A stretch of 63,167 nt of DNA, counting the filler, from Octopus bimaculoides (lineage: Eukaryota): NCBI RefSeq assembly GCF_001194135.2. It is 5 parts of 3 records of this genome, joined end to end, with 100 filler letters (N's around TTAATTAATTAA, not from the genome) between each part and the next. Parts side by side here need not be neighbours in the genome. Positions count along the whole stretch, not along the records: positions 46,901 to 56,541 come from NC_068999.1; positions 56,642 to 63,167 come from NC_068989.1; 3 more parts are not named here. One strand, written 5' to 3'. This document shows, in pieces, positions 49,396-62,194 of the stretch (position 1 is its first letter; every line of letters begins with the position of its first letter). The translations under genes and the position numbers were made by a program. A model generated the notes under the pieces. The model worked only from the letters and a program-made list of their open reading frames with translations. It was not told where the DNA came from and searched no databases.

Positions 49396-52300
49396 TGAAA
49401 AATTTCGCAGAAAAGAATGGTTATGGCGCAACTACCTACAGCTTAATTGACGGTTTGTTTTAAGCTGCTATTAGATTCAGGATTCAGTAATGGATGCTCT
49501 ATGCTCTGAGTTCAGTTATAGATAACTGTAGGACTTCTTGATCAATCTTAAAACAAGGTTCTTTAAAATAAGGAGTCGTTGTAATCCAATATAAGGGTCC
49601 CCCACCCACCCGGCATACATGTCGTCTTGTACAGATGCAAGATTTAATAACGACATATATAGTAACAAACATACACGTATGCATCCATTCATTCACTCAT
49701 TAATTTATATACACCATATAAACATCTAACGCAAAAATACGCACATACACACACACCCACACACACACACACACCCACACACACACACACATATATATAC
49801 AGATTCATAATTACACACGCACACATACATATATATATATATATACATATATAAACTCACTTACATATATATATTCACATACATACACATTTATATACAT
49901 ATGGAAATACCTATACACATACATATACTTGTAGACACAAATAGCGCATGAATTTACAATCACTAACATCCGTGCACACACGCGCATGCGCAACGCACGC
50001 ACGAACACATGGATATATCTCCATACTAATATGTGAGAACAAGTGTGTGAGAAAACACGTTCAATCACATACACACACGTGTGTGAAATAAATATTAGTT
50101 CACACACACTAGAAACCGCACACGTATGCGTGTACCCCCACACACATGTTGACATACGCACAGAGATATATTCATACGTACAATTACACACAGATATGCT
50201 TATATACATAAATATTTTCATATATGCAAACTTAGAGACACGCTTGCATGCACGAATACACGATTTATCGGACTTACATAGCATACACATAAGTATGTAC
50301 AAAAACCCAAGTGCATACATTCTGGTGTATATAGACAAAGAATCACACACTTACATATATATGTACACGAGTAGGTGTTTGCTACCCGTACGTAGTCACG
50401 ATGTTATACACACGTATTGTCACGTGCATGCGCATACTCAAACATGCAAGTATGAAAACTTACGCAAAACAAACATATATATAAGCGCCGCATATTCTTT
50501 CGTTGCTATTCACATGTAAATCACATGCATACATGCATACATACTAATATATGTGTGTGTGTGTGTGTGTGTGTATGTATCTATATATATATATATACAA
50601 ATACACAAGCATATTCACATGTAGATAAAAGTATATATTAATGTGTGTGTGTATNNNNNNNNNNNNNNNNNNNNNNNNNNNNNNNNNNNNNNNNNNNNNN
50701 NNNNNNNNNNNNNNNNNNNNNNNNNNNNNNNNNNNNNNNNNNNNNNNNNNNNNNNNNNNNNNNNNNNNNNNNNNNNNNNNNNNNNNNNNNNNNNNNNNNN
50801 NNNNNNNNNNNNNNNNNNNNNNNNNNNNNNNNNNNNNNNNNNNNNNNNNNNNNNNNNNNNNNNNNNNNNNNNNNNNNNNNNNNNNNNNNNNNNNNNNNNN
50901 NNNNNNNNNNNNNNNNNNNNNNNNNNNNNNNNNNNNNNNNNNNNNNNNNNNNNNNNNNNNNNNNNNNNNNNNNNNNNNNNNNNNNNNNNNNNNNNNNNNN
51001 NNNNNNNNNNNNNNNNNNNNNNNNNNNNNNNNNNNNNNNNNNNNNNNNNNNNNNNNNNNNNNNNNNNNNNNNNNNNNNNNNNNNNNNNNNNNNNNNNNNN
51101 NNNNNNNNNNNNNNNNNNNNNNNNNNNNNNNNNNNNNNNNNNNNNNNNNNNNNNNNNNNNNNNNNNNNNNNNNNNNNNNNTATATATATATATATATATA
51201 TATCTTTATATATATATATATGCATATATATGTGTACACACACACACACACACACGCATATGTATATATGTATATATGTATATATATGAACATCAATATA
51301 TGTACATACGTAGCTATAAATAAGCCAAAGTACACACATAAGACTAAAAGCGTATACACACATGCCTATAAACAAACGCACACAGTTACTCTCATACACA
51401 GGCATTCACGCAAAACACACATTCACACTCACACAGCCAACACACACACTCACCGATATATACACACATGTATACATCAAGTAGCCGGTCTTTATATTTC
51501 GGCAGAGAATAAAAGACTAATTATCTATATTCAAGAAAGCTAATATAAAACCTGTCCTACTACGTCTCATGAACCGCGCGGATTTCTGTGTACAACTTTA
51601 TATATATATACATATATATATACGTATGTATATGTATATATATCCNNNNNNNNNNNNNNNNNNNNNNNNNNNNNNNNNNNNNNNNNNNNNNNNNNNNNNN
51701 NNNNNNNNNNNNNNNNNNNNNNNNNNNNNNNNNNNNNNNNNNNNNNNNNNNNNNNNNNNNNNNNNNNNNNNNNNNNNNNNNNNNNNNNNNNNNNNNNNNN
51801 NNNNNNNNNNNNNNNNNNNNNNNNNNNNNNNNNNNNNNNNNNNNNNNNNNNNNNNNNNNNNNNNNNNNNNNNNNNNNNNNNNNNNNNNNNNNNNNNNNNN
51901 NNNNNNNNNNNNNNNNNNNNNNNNNNNNNNNNNNNNNNNNNNNNNNNNNNNNNNNNNNNNNNNNNNNNNNNNNNNNNNNNNNTCATACATACTTACTATA
52001 CAGACACACATACACACATATATATTAATGCACAATTATATACACATATAAAGATTTACACATTCATATTCATATATATGCTGATGTATAAGCACATTAA
52101 ATATACATTATGCATACAATAATCCTATATAAATATGGCTAATTTTCAATACTTGCCCACACATACGTGAAAGATGTGTCTGTCTGTCTGTCTGTCTTTA
52201 TATCTCGCTATTTATATACCTCTGTATGTATATATGTATATATGTATGTATGTATGTATGTATCATCTATCTTCTATCTATCTGTCTGTCTATCTGACTG

Positions 52301-52874
52301 TCTGTCGAACTATCAAGCTATTTGAGTGTGTGTGTGTGTGNNNNNNNNNNCCTCTGTATGTATATATGTATATATGTATGTATGTATGTATCATCTATCT
52401 TCTATCTATCTGTCTGTTTATCTGACTGTCTGTCGAACTATCAAGCTATTTGAGTGTGTGTGTGTGTGCGTGAGAGAGAGAGAGAGAGAGAGAGTATGTA
52501 TATGAGGGAGAGTGAGTGTATATGTGTATATGTTCCTGAATACATACACACACATTTACATGCGCATACAAGTGTCTTGTTTTATAAACGGAAGAACAAG
52601 TACTCAATACATATTTTAAAGTATAAAATATTAGGAACATTTTTATTCCGTTAATATTTTCTCCGTCATCAATTTGAATTACTACAGATGAAATATAATA
52701 AAATAATTAAATAAGAAAATAATAATTAATTGAAACATTAATTATTTCGTGGGAAAATGTTCCTTCCATTGGTTAACCGAAGTTACCTGCGATTAGAATC
52801 CTTAAGTTACTTGAAAAAAATACATCTATCCTCCATTGAATTGATCTGCCCACCATGGTATCTTCCTGTGAAGT

Positions 52875-53185
52875 TGCATGGCTCAGAGGTTACAGCGTTG
52901 GACTTACAATCATGAAATAGTGAGTTCGATTCTCGGACCGGGCTGTGCGTTATGTTCTTGAGCAAGACACTTTATTTCACGTTGCTCCAGTTCACTCAGC
53001 TGTAGAAATGAGTTGCAACATCACTGGCGCCGAGCTGCATCGGCCTTTGCCTTCCACCAGTGGTGGCATGGGGAAGGGAGGCTGGTATGCAGGATCGACT
53101 GCTGATCTTCCACAAACAACCTTGCCTGTACTCGGAGGGGAACTTTCTAGGCGCAATCCCATGGTCATTCTTGACTGAAGGGACT
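52875..53185 (+). mobile_element. tRNA-derived SINE sharing the family B head, with a different body
   Basis: GAGTTCGATTC...CTTGAGCAAGACACTTTATTTCACGTTGCTCCAGT.CACTCAGCTG, then diverges from family B. Confidence 0.7.
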
Positions 53186-53429
53186 CGTATTCATCCCGTT
53201 TTCTATGTTACTTTCAACGTCAGTGCTAATATTGATATCTATATTATGACCTTCCAAATAGTTATTAACTGCACCCATTGTTACTGTATTCTCTCCTTTC
53301 CAGATCTACACTATTTTGGATTTTATTTAATAGTCTAGTTTTACGCTATTTAGCATTTTATTATTTATTACGTGGATATGGTATTCTAGAGATTTCATTA
53401 CCTTCGTGTGTCCAGAACAGCGGATCGTC

Positions 53430-54100
53430 TGATGAAGAAACTTTCTATGAACGATCAAAAGTGGAACGGCTATTGGGAGGTGGCTGCAGGTTTACCAGGG
53501 TGCCAAAGATCCCTTCCTAATCCAATTACAAACAAAATAGATATTATATGGTGTGAGGAAAAGAAAATAGTAAATCTGGTCGCGTTAATGGTTTTTCACG
53601 AAGATAACATGGATACTGCACAGGCTTGAAAGACAGACTGTTATAAACACCTCCTCGAAGATTGTGAAGACACAAGCTGGAAAACAGAGGATTATCAAAT
53701 CGAAGTTGTATGTACATTCATTGGAAATATTGTGAGGTGATGTTTGATGTTGTTAGGTCTACTCATCGTAATGCAAATACCATTAAAAATGAAATCCAGG
53801 CTACAGTCACACGATTTGCAAGTCACACGATTTGCAAGTCACACAAAGGCAAGTCACACGATTTGCTTAAAAAGTGACGATGGGCAATGGCTGAATGGAT
53901 ATTAAGTGAAGCCTAGTAAGAAGGTGATCTAGTAAGCGGAGACTGATCTCAATGAGAGGAACCAGTGGACAATAATGCTGCTGAGAGGAAGGCCCTGAAC
54001 TGGCACACATTCTCTCCTGATGACCCCATAAAGCCTGATAACGTCCGGTCTCCCGGAGCTTTTAACTGGTCGTAGCTGCATCTGCAAGTAGTTTGAAATG
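53430..54100 (+). mobile_element. Decayed RLE retrotransposon 3' end (HERO/NeSL-like)
   Basis: Remnants WEVAAGLPG...ITNKIDIIWCEEKKIVNLVALMVFHEDNMDTAQA*K...Y..LLEDC...WKT...IEV match the RPDIVLWS...VILVELTVPWE...IEVG pattern. Confidence 0.6.
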
Positions 54101-54106
54101 CATACC

Positions 54107-54172
<66 letters not shown>

Positions 54173-54683
54173 NNNNNNNNNNATACATATATCTATATAT
54201 ACAAATACACACACACACACACACACTAACATGCACACACACAGACACACACGTATGTATGTATATATGATGCGTATTATTTATATTTTCTTGCACTAAC
54301 ACCACTTTCCTCTATTCATTTTTACCAATAATATTTCGAATTATATTTTATCACCAGTATTATATGTGTCAATATAGTATATCAATATATCAATATATTT
54401 TACCAATATGTCTTTTCAATATTTCTTTCTTCCCATTGGTTTCATCAATTCAACCTATCTATACAACTTATCGATCTTTGCCGATCGTACAATTTAAGGA
54501 TTTTAGTAAATTCTTCATAATATCGGCTTCGGTACTTATTTTCCACTCGCACAATATTTTATTGATCTCTGTTTATTAAATCACTATGTTGACTTATGAC
54601 AGAAAGGTATACAATCTCGACAAAACGGTTTGCACCGGTGTTCACAGAAACATTTGTATATATATGTTTATATATATATATAG

Positions 54684-54830
54684 GCGTGGCTGTGTGGTGA
54701 GAAGCTTGCTTCACAAGAACATAGTTTCGGGTCCAGGCCCTCTGCGTGGCACCTTGGGCAAGTGTCTTCTACTGTAGCTTCGGGCCGACCAAAGCCTTGT
54801 GAGTGGATTAGGTAGACAGTAACCGAAAGT
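54684..54830 (+). mobile_element. 5' part of OR-type SINE (family A)
   Basis: GGCTGTGTGGT.AGAAGCTTGCTT...CTGCGTGGCACCTTGGGCAAGTGTCTTCTACT. Confidence 0.85.
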
Positions 54831-55102
54831 TTCATTGCTGATGTCATAATATAAAATTTTTCCGTGATACAGTGGTCGCATTGACCCTTCCCCTCCATTT
54901 GCCGGCCTTAGTTATGAAGTTCCAGTTGAATCTGCGGGTTGTTCACACCCATCTCTTTTTACCGACCTGCTAAGTTACGGGACGTAAACACACCAACACC
55001 GGTTGTCAAGCGATGATGCGGGGGGGTGTTGGACAAATACAAACGAAATGCTGCAAAGCATTTTGCCCGCCGTGCTAACGATTCTGCCAGTTCACAGCCG
55101 TC

Positions 55103-55137
<35 letters not shown>

Positions 55138-55317
55138 TAATAATAATAGTAATAATAATAATAACTATAATAATAATAAGAAGAATTGGAACTGAAAGAA
55201 TTCCTCATAGGATTCTTGAGGCATGTCCAGTAAACAAGAATGACCTTAGTCTGCTGGCTGTGGACAGATGACATTTTCCATCTTACCCAGCAAAATAAGC
55301 TGAGTGTCTTCATCAAA

Positions 55318-55380
<63 letters not shown>

Positions 55381-55384
<4 letters not shown>

Positions 55385-55742
55385 TCCGCCTTAGCGAAGG
55401 TGGAGATATTGTTTTTCACTCGTGTTTGTTTGTTTGTTTGTTTGTCCGTGGACAAGATGTCTCAAGAACCGCAGGATGGATTCGGAGGAAGCTTTCAGGG
55501 ATTTTTTCGCCTTGTGACTAACACGAACTGATTAGATTTTGGCATCGACCTGGTACCGGACGCTTTTTTTTTTTTTTTTNNNNNNNNNNTTTTTTTTTTT
55601 TTTACTTAATTTTTGAGAGTTTTCGTTTGTGAGAGTAGTCGGAATTTATTTCACATATTCTCATTTTAAAAATCATCTCCGGTTTATCGTTCAGAGGACT
55701 TTGGTGTTGCTTTGGCGGAGGCTTGCCCTCTCTGAGAGCTTT
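55381..55742 (+). mobile_element. Helentron-associated non-autonomous element (HINE/DINE-1-like)
   Basis: 5' CCTCCGCC subterminal repeat, (GTTT)n microsatellite, inverted partner GGCGGAGG at 55714, and short 3' stem-loop CTC-TCT-GAG followed by TT. Confidence 0.7.
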
Positions 55743-55784
55743 TGTTATTATTATTATTAATATTATTATTATTATTATTATTAA

Positions 55785-55836
<52 letters not shown>
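55743..55836. repeat. (TTA)n microsatellite
   Basis: Direct reading. Confidence 0.95.
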
Positions 55837-55889
55837 GACGGCTGTGTTCTAGCAGAATATCGTTAGCACGAATGATAATAAAAACAACG

Positions 55890-56270
55890 ATGATGATGGT
55901 TTAAAATTTTAGCACGAGGCCAGAAATTTCAAGGGAGAGGTAAATTGATTATAGCATTCTCAATGTTCAACTGAAACTTTTTTTATCGACCCCGAACAGG
56001 ATAAAAGGCAAAGTCAACCTCGGTGGAGTTTGAACACAGAACCTAAAGACAAACGATATGCCGCTAAGCATATTGTCCTGCGTGAAAACGATGCCATCAT
56101 CTCGAACAAGTCCAGAAATTTTGTGGGCAGGAGATTCATTGACCATAGTACATGACTTATACAATATTTTATCGATCGGTGAAGAATAAAAGGCAAAAGT
56201 GATCTCAGCGAGCTTTGAACTAAGAACGTAAAGACCAGGGCAATCGTTGTAACAGCAGCACCAAAGCTTA
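55890..56270 (-). mobile_element. Two adjacent SINE family C fragments
   Basis: AAAGGCAAAGTC.ACCTCGG.GGA.TTTGAAC.CAGAAC appears twice. Confidence 0.7.
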
Positions 56271-57630
56271 CTAATTCACCCAACACTTACCCTTTAAAGA
56301 AGAAAAACAAAAAAACAAAGAAAATAAATGAATGCGAAAATGAATGATAGAAAGCACAAATATAACATCTAAAAGTAATGTATATATATATATATATATA
56401 ACAAACTATGCCAACTACACTTTGTAAAGCGCTTTTTTTTGTTTTGTTACGGCTGAAAAGGCTGGTATCATTAATATTATGGTACCAATATTATGGTACC
56501 AATAATATGGTACCAATATTATTACGGTGGCAACAATAACTNNNNNNNNNNNNNNNNNNNNNNNNNNNNNNNNNNNNNNNNNNNNTTAATTAATTAANNN
56601 NNNNNNNNNNNNNNNNNNNNNNNNNNNNNNNNNNNNNNNNNATATATATATATATATATATATATATACCCTTCAAGTGGGTTATATAATGTAAAAATAA
56701 AATCAAGGAATATAACTCTGTAAATATCCACTAAACCCATCTTGTGGAAAATAAAGTGGATGCAATTTGGAGATCTTGTCATTGAAGCGAACTATGTCCA
56801 TATAATTTGCTAATAATTTGTAACAGAACTTAAACTTGTCGATTGGTTTCACCACCAAACTTCAAAGAAAAGATTGACTGTTTACTGCATTGATTTTATT
56901 TTGAAAAAAAATGCTGCTTTAGATAATATTAGGATGCCTGTATGTGCGGAGGATGTGGTGGAAAGTGATGTGATCAAATATCTTTACTGTTTGCGAAATT
57001 ATATGTACAAATTTATATATTCATGTAATCCACCGAGAAGGAGGTTACCACGCAGAAGCATCATTTTTCTATTTTAGAAATATCACTATAATACTGCTAT
57101 CCAATAAATTTACGACTTCGACATATAAACACGTGTATTATTACTCGAATCATTTTAAATACTTTTCTCCTTTCCAGGATAGCTTTATGCTTATTAGGTT
57201 GGAATAGCTACGTCAATACATTTTGTCGTATTAAACAATGACATATGAATGTTCATTGCTCCTGGTCCCTCGATATGATTTATAATTAAACTGAACATGT
57301 GTTTTTTAAATGCCTGGAAATAAAACCACAAATAATGACGAGGTCAGCAACATCTGTCAAACCTCCTTGTAATCATACTCTACTGTTATTGTATTCCTAT
57401 AACGTTACGTCGAGAATCTACTATTTAACAAATGCTTTCTTTCACCTGACGATGTAGCGTAAATTCTGTATTATTATGAAGGATTTTCTGCATTTTGCAT
57501 TAATGCAGGCATGTAAGTGATTTATGTATTATCAAGTATAATAACATAAAATCACATGTTTTGAAGTTACAAAATAATTTGTCGTGATATTAGAATTTAT
57601 GATTATATATAATAAAATAACATACATGTT

Positions 57631-57711
<81 letters not shown>

Positions 57712-58094
57712 CATATACATACATATACACATAAACACACACACACACATACATACATGCATACACACACATATATATATATATATTTGTATGTCAATAT
57801 GTATGACACGTAAACATTAAATATTAGTAGCAATGAAAATGATTTCTCTGAAAGGTAACACTAGGTTCTGCATTGACCGCTTTTCTTTGATATCTCATTA
57901 GCATTCCTTGTCTATTCATATTGTTGGTGTTACTTAGGTCTAGGCTAACAATGACAGAGGCAATCTATGATAAGTTTTCCAGATATTATTATCACATTCA
58001 AGTTATACAGGAATGATTCCTATTGGCGGAATTTCGAAGTAAAAAGACCAGAGACAAAGCCGATACCACGAATTATTCCGTCCAATGCTCTACC

Positions 58095-58225
58095 AATTCC
58101 CCTAATTCACCCTGGATTGGTACTTTCTTTATCGATCCACGAAGGGATAAAGTCAAAGGTGACCTTACTGAGACTTGAACTCAGATCTTCGAGGCAAATA
58201 CTTCCCGAAATTTTATAAGACGCTT
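58095..58225 (-). mobile_element. SINE family C fragment
   Basis: GGTACTT..TTTATCGA.CC..GAAGG.AT.AAAG.CAAAG.TGACCT. Confidence 0.55.
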
Positions 58226-58999
58226 AAAAAACTGACGACAACACATTGAATAATTCCTAGAGGAAGCAATCTCCCAGATCCTCGATCTGCTAAAAAGTTA
58301 ACTCTACCGTCACAATAAAGAACAATTTAATATAGTTGTCCAAGGTTTACTCTGCCTAAGTACAAGTCATGATAATAACTGGAAAGTATTTGATCATATT
58401 TGGTCTACTGTGAGAATAGAGTTAGGGTTAAACAACAGCAGCAACAGTAACCTAAGCCTTATATACCGCTCTCTTACACTTACCCACTAACTTAAATGTT
58501 AAATGACCGCTGCATATACAGTGTATTATTTTCAAATTAATATCATTTTTTCTCGATCGAACGTTTGCAGATGGGATTTTCTGATCAATATTGACCCACA
58601 TTAGCGGATAAACACACTTTAGGTGCTATTTTAATCTTTCCACAAATCAGGAATTTCAGTTTATGGTACTTAGTGGCATGTAACGTGATGTGAGATCCTG
58701 TGTCGGAAAAGAATGTGTTTTATCGTGAATCATTTTAGCCATCTATAAACACACAAACCATTTCATTGAATTATCACTGATTTTTCGTGAAGCATTAAAG
58801 TTTTCGTCCTACTAATGTGATAATGTCAATGACTTGATTACACTGCAACTGTTTGAAACTTACTTACTGAACAGATCCTTTAGACCTAATTAGCTTGTTA
58901 GACTTACATAATGTTCTTTTGCCAATTAGTTATTTGGTAGCTTCACAAGTTGTCATTAGTCACATCTAGGTGTCTATGTGATGTGTGTGTGTGTGTGTG

Positions 59000-59049
<50 letters not shown>

Positions 59050-59278
59050 GCACACATGCTACATATATGTAAAACGTAACTTTATATCACTTTATATGAT
59101 ACAAATATATAGAAATAAGATTCTTGCTAAAGAAGGTTTAATTTTAACTGAGTGCTGTAAAACAGAAGCGACGGCAAAAACATAAATTTAGAAGTAATAG
59201 CACAGATAAAATCACACCAATAATTATATATCTATATATACTCATACTTCTATATAATCAAACGTTTATACAATTGTG

Positions 59279-59353
<75 letters not shown>

Positions 59354-59599
59354 GTATGTATATATGTTACGTTTATATATTCGTTTTGTAAGATTTTTGA
59401 TGTGAAATGTTGTATTGAAACAGATATTGTTGTATTTGGGGATAGTCATGTTGCCACTTTAGCCAATAAAAACACACGCACTATTTATTTGGTGTTAATT
59501 TGCTTCAGCTTTATTTTATTTTTTATATCAATCGTATTTCGGCCAGAGTTCTTTCGTCGCACTTCTGTGACCTCATCAGTGGTCCTTTGATTTCTTCTT

Positions 59600-60108
59600 T
59601 CTTATTTGTGTGTCTTTCCTTACTAACGATCAGCCATTTTGTATCACCATGACGCAATTCACTCTGCCAGAAATTTCGAAACGACATGCTATACTTCTTG
59701 GCATTCGCACCAGAAGCTCCAACGCGAACAGATGGTGAACGCACAGAACAACCGTCGGCTTGCCGTGTTCCCAAGACATATATCGAGAGTGATAAAAACA
59801 CCCGGCCACCTAACTTCCCACCTTGATTATTATGAGTGGAGCACAGTTGAGCGATGGAACAACAAAATTCCTGGTAACACCAAAGATGAACTGAAGGCAA
59901 AGACTATGGCAGCATTGACCAAATTAAACAAGGAGACTGTCCAGAAGAGTTGCAGATGATTCTGAAGTCGTCTGGAAGTGAGGTTGAAGCCGAAGGCATT
60001 TCAAGATATTTCTATGTAATTTTGGTAAATACATCTGTTAAAATGAGATGTTAATGCTATTTTTCTTTTCGCGTAATTTCGACGTCAATATATTCACCGC
60101 ACTCGATA
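59600..60108 (+). mobile_element. Internally deleted Tc1/maT(DD37D)-like transposon
   Basis: Remnants KRHAILLGIR, QMVNAQNNRRLAV and LDYYEWSTVERWNNKIPGNTKDELKAKTMAALTKLNKETVQKSCR*F...LE..VEA.G. TIR-like end ATTCACCGCACTCG|ATA. Confidence 0.7.
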
Positions 60109-60127
60109 TTATGTAAATAGAGGAATT

Positions 60128-60357
60128 TATCTATAAATATAATATGTGACAATTAGTTGGTTGTCATAATAAAACTCAGTTTTGGATGCCGGGTCTGAAG
60201 TCTGCATCAGTTATTAAATCAAACAAAAACGCTATTTAAAAAAAACCGTTGAATAAAGTGAATTTATTCCAATAGGCGTGGGGAAAGTAAACCTTCGATC
60301 ATAGAATCTGCATATGCACACATGTACACTTATACATACACGTACGTACACACACAC

Positions 60358-60407
<50 letters not shown>

Positions 60408-61135
60408 TCACACATGCGTGTACATATACATACAAACACACACACACACACATATATTTGTCTATACATATGTAAACATACATAGATACAATACATGCAT
60501 GCACGAACATACACATGTATATATACCCATGCACACATCATTATGTACATATATACATCTCTATACGCATATGCGCATACATACGCCGATATACAAAACG
60601 TAGTCGATACGCACATAGTCTATACGCGGATAGACGTATATACAAATATATATAAATAAAAACATATACGCAAAAACGTAAGCCGTAAAACATTCACATT
60701 CGCCGCAAAATTTGTGTATACATATGGCTTATATATGTATGTACACAAATGAACCCCTGTCTGTCAAACACATCTACACCTGCAGATATATAAACGTATA
60801 TACATACATATATGTATTAAGGAAGAGACAAGTACAACTTGTAGATTTTTCCACTCGTATATATATAATCATTCGTAAACATGTGTATATGTGTGTGTGT
60901 GAGCGCGTACGTGTATGTATGTGTGTACATGTGTGCATATGTAGGTTCTATGAACGAAGTTTTACTTTCCCCACACCTGTTGGAGTAAATTCCCTTTATT
61001 CAACGATATTTTTCATAGTGTTTCTGTTTGTCTTAATAACTGATGAGATGCCGGAGCAGATTTCAGTCTCGGCATCCGAAACTCTGAGTCTTATTATGAC
61101 AACCAACTAATTGTCACATATTATATTTCTAGATA
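60128..61135. repeat. Tail-out inverted repeat (about 240-bp arms, about 75-80% identical by eye) around a microsatellite spacer
   Basis: 60128-60365 is the reverse complement of 60880-61135 (e.g. GTGGGGAAAGTAAAC / TTTACTTTCCCCAC, TGTGACAATTAGTTGGTTGTCATAATAA). Confidence 0.85.
61029..61101 (+). ncRNA. Type I hammerhead ribozyme candidate with canonical core
   Basis: Stem I TGTCTTAATAA/TTATTATGACA (10 of 11 pairs), core CTGATGA, stem II GATGCCG/CGGCATC (one extra C before GAAA), GAAA, stem III CTC-T-GAG, GUC cleavage triplet at 61088-61090. Confidence 0.7.
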
Positions 61136-61765
61136 TCTATACACACAAATTTGACATGGGTGATTCTTTTTTGTCTTGGAATTTACGGTCAAACGGCTGG
61201 GTGGAATTGCACGAAAAATTACATAAATGTGTAGAATGATCCGGTGGCGATGCTGGCCTTTGTATTTTTTCATAGCTCCCATGGTTACCAGGATAATCTA
61301 CTATAATAATACTCTTGTGTTTATCAATGAGAAAGGAAGGGGTGATAGATGAATAAGGAAGGAAGGGGTGATGTCAAACTTGGTAGTGGGATGATGAAAA
61401 CTGTACACTGAAAAATAAATCAAACAGCGTTTCAACTCTGTGTGAAAATGTGTGTATGTAAAAGGTGGGGTATGTGAATGTGTGAGAGTGCGTGTGTGTG
61501 TGTTTGTGTATGTGTGCGCGTGTGCGCACGCAATGGAAGTGGGATGGTTCATCTTTGTTCGATTAGTGTTTGGGTTTATTTTTTGATTTGGTTGAATCTT
61601 GGTTGTTTCTTTTTTGTTGGTCAGTTACTTTAAGCGTTTTGATAGAAAACGTCATTCTAAAATTGTTTCCTAACGTTGTCGTGCCCATACAAGTCTAATA
61701 CTTACACAGAGCAGGTTTTACAGCCACATCATCCAAACCAACCTGGTGAAACCGGGCTTAGTGTG

Positions 61766-61797
<32 letters not shown>

Positions 61798-62194
61798 CGT
61801 GCGTGCGTGCATGTGAGTGTGCGTGCGTGTGTGTGCGTGTGTNNNNNNNNNNNNNNNNNNNNNNNNNNNNNNNNNNNNNNNNNNNNNNNNNNNNNNNNNN
61901 NNNNNNNNNNNNNNNNNNNNNNNNNNNNNNNNNNNNNNNNNNNNNNNNNNNNNNNNNNNNNNNNNNNNNNNNNNNNNNNNNNNNNNNNNNNNNNNNNNNN
62001 NNNNNNNNNNNNNNNNNNNNNNNNNNNNNNNNNNNNNNNNNNNNNNNNNNNNNNNNNNNNNNNNNNNNNNNNNNNNNNNNNNNNNNNNNNNNNNNNNNNN
62101 NNNNNNNNNNNNNNNNNNNNNNNNNNNNNNNNNNNNNNNNNNNNNNNNNNNNNNNNNNNNNNNNNNNNNNNNNNNNNNNNNNNNNNNNNNNNNN

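Noticed and set aside
51490-51585. Possible hammerhead on the minus strand (TTCATGA...GCC-GAAA-TA-TA)
   Set aside because: The core is too degenerate and no stem II could be built.
52215-52470. ~125-bp direct duplication (likewise 25198-25247 and 41800-41850)
   Set aside because: The copies flank a 10-N gap, typical of unmerged contig overlaps.
53990-54050. CTGATGA in the HERO-like 3' UTR
   Set aside because: No downstream GAAA with a pairing stem II.
56473-56520. Three tandem ATATTATGGTACCA-like units
   Set aside because: A short local slippage repeat beside a gap, with no further structure.
19992-56641. TTAATTAATTAA motif recurring four times
   Set aside because: Always centred in exactly 100 nt of N: an assembly linker, not biology.
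15852-61552. His/Thr-, Cys/Val- and Tyr/Ile-rich ORFs
   Set aside because: Translations of (CA)n, (TG)n and (TA)n microsatellites.
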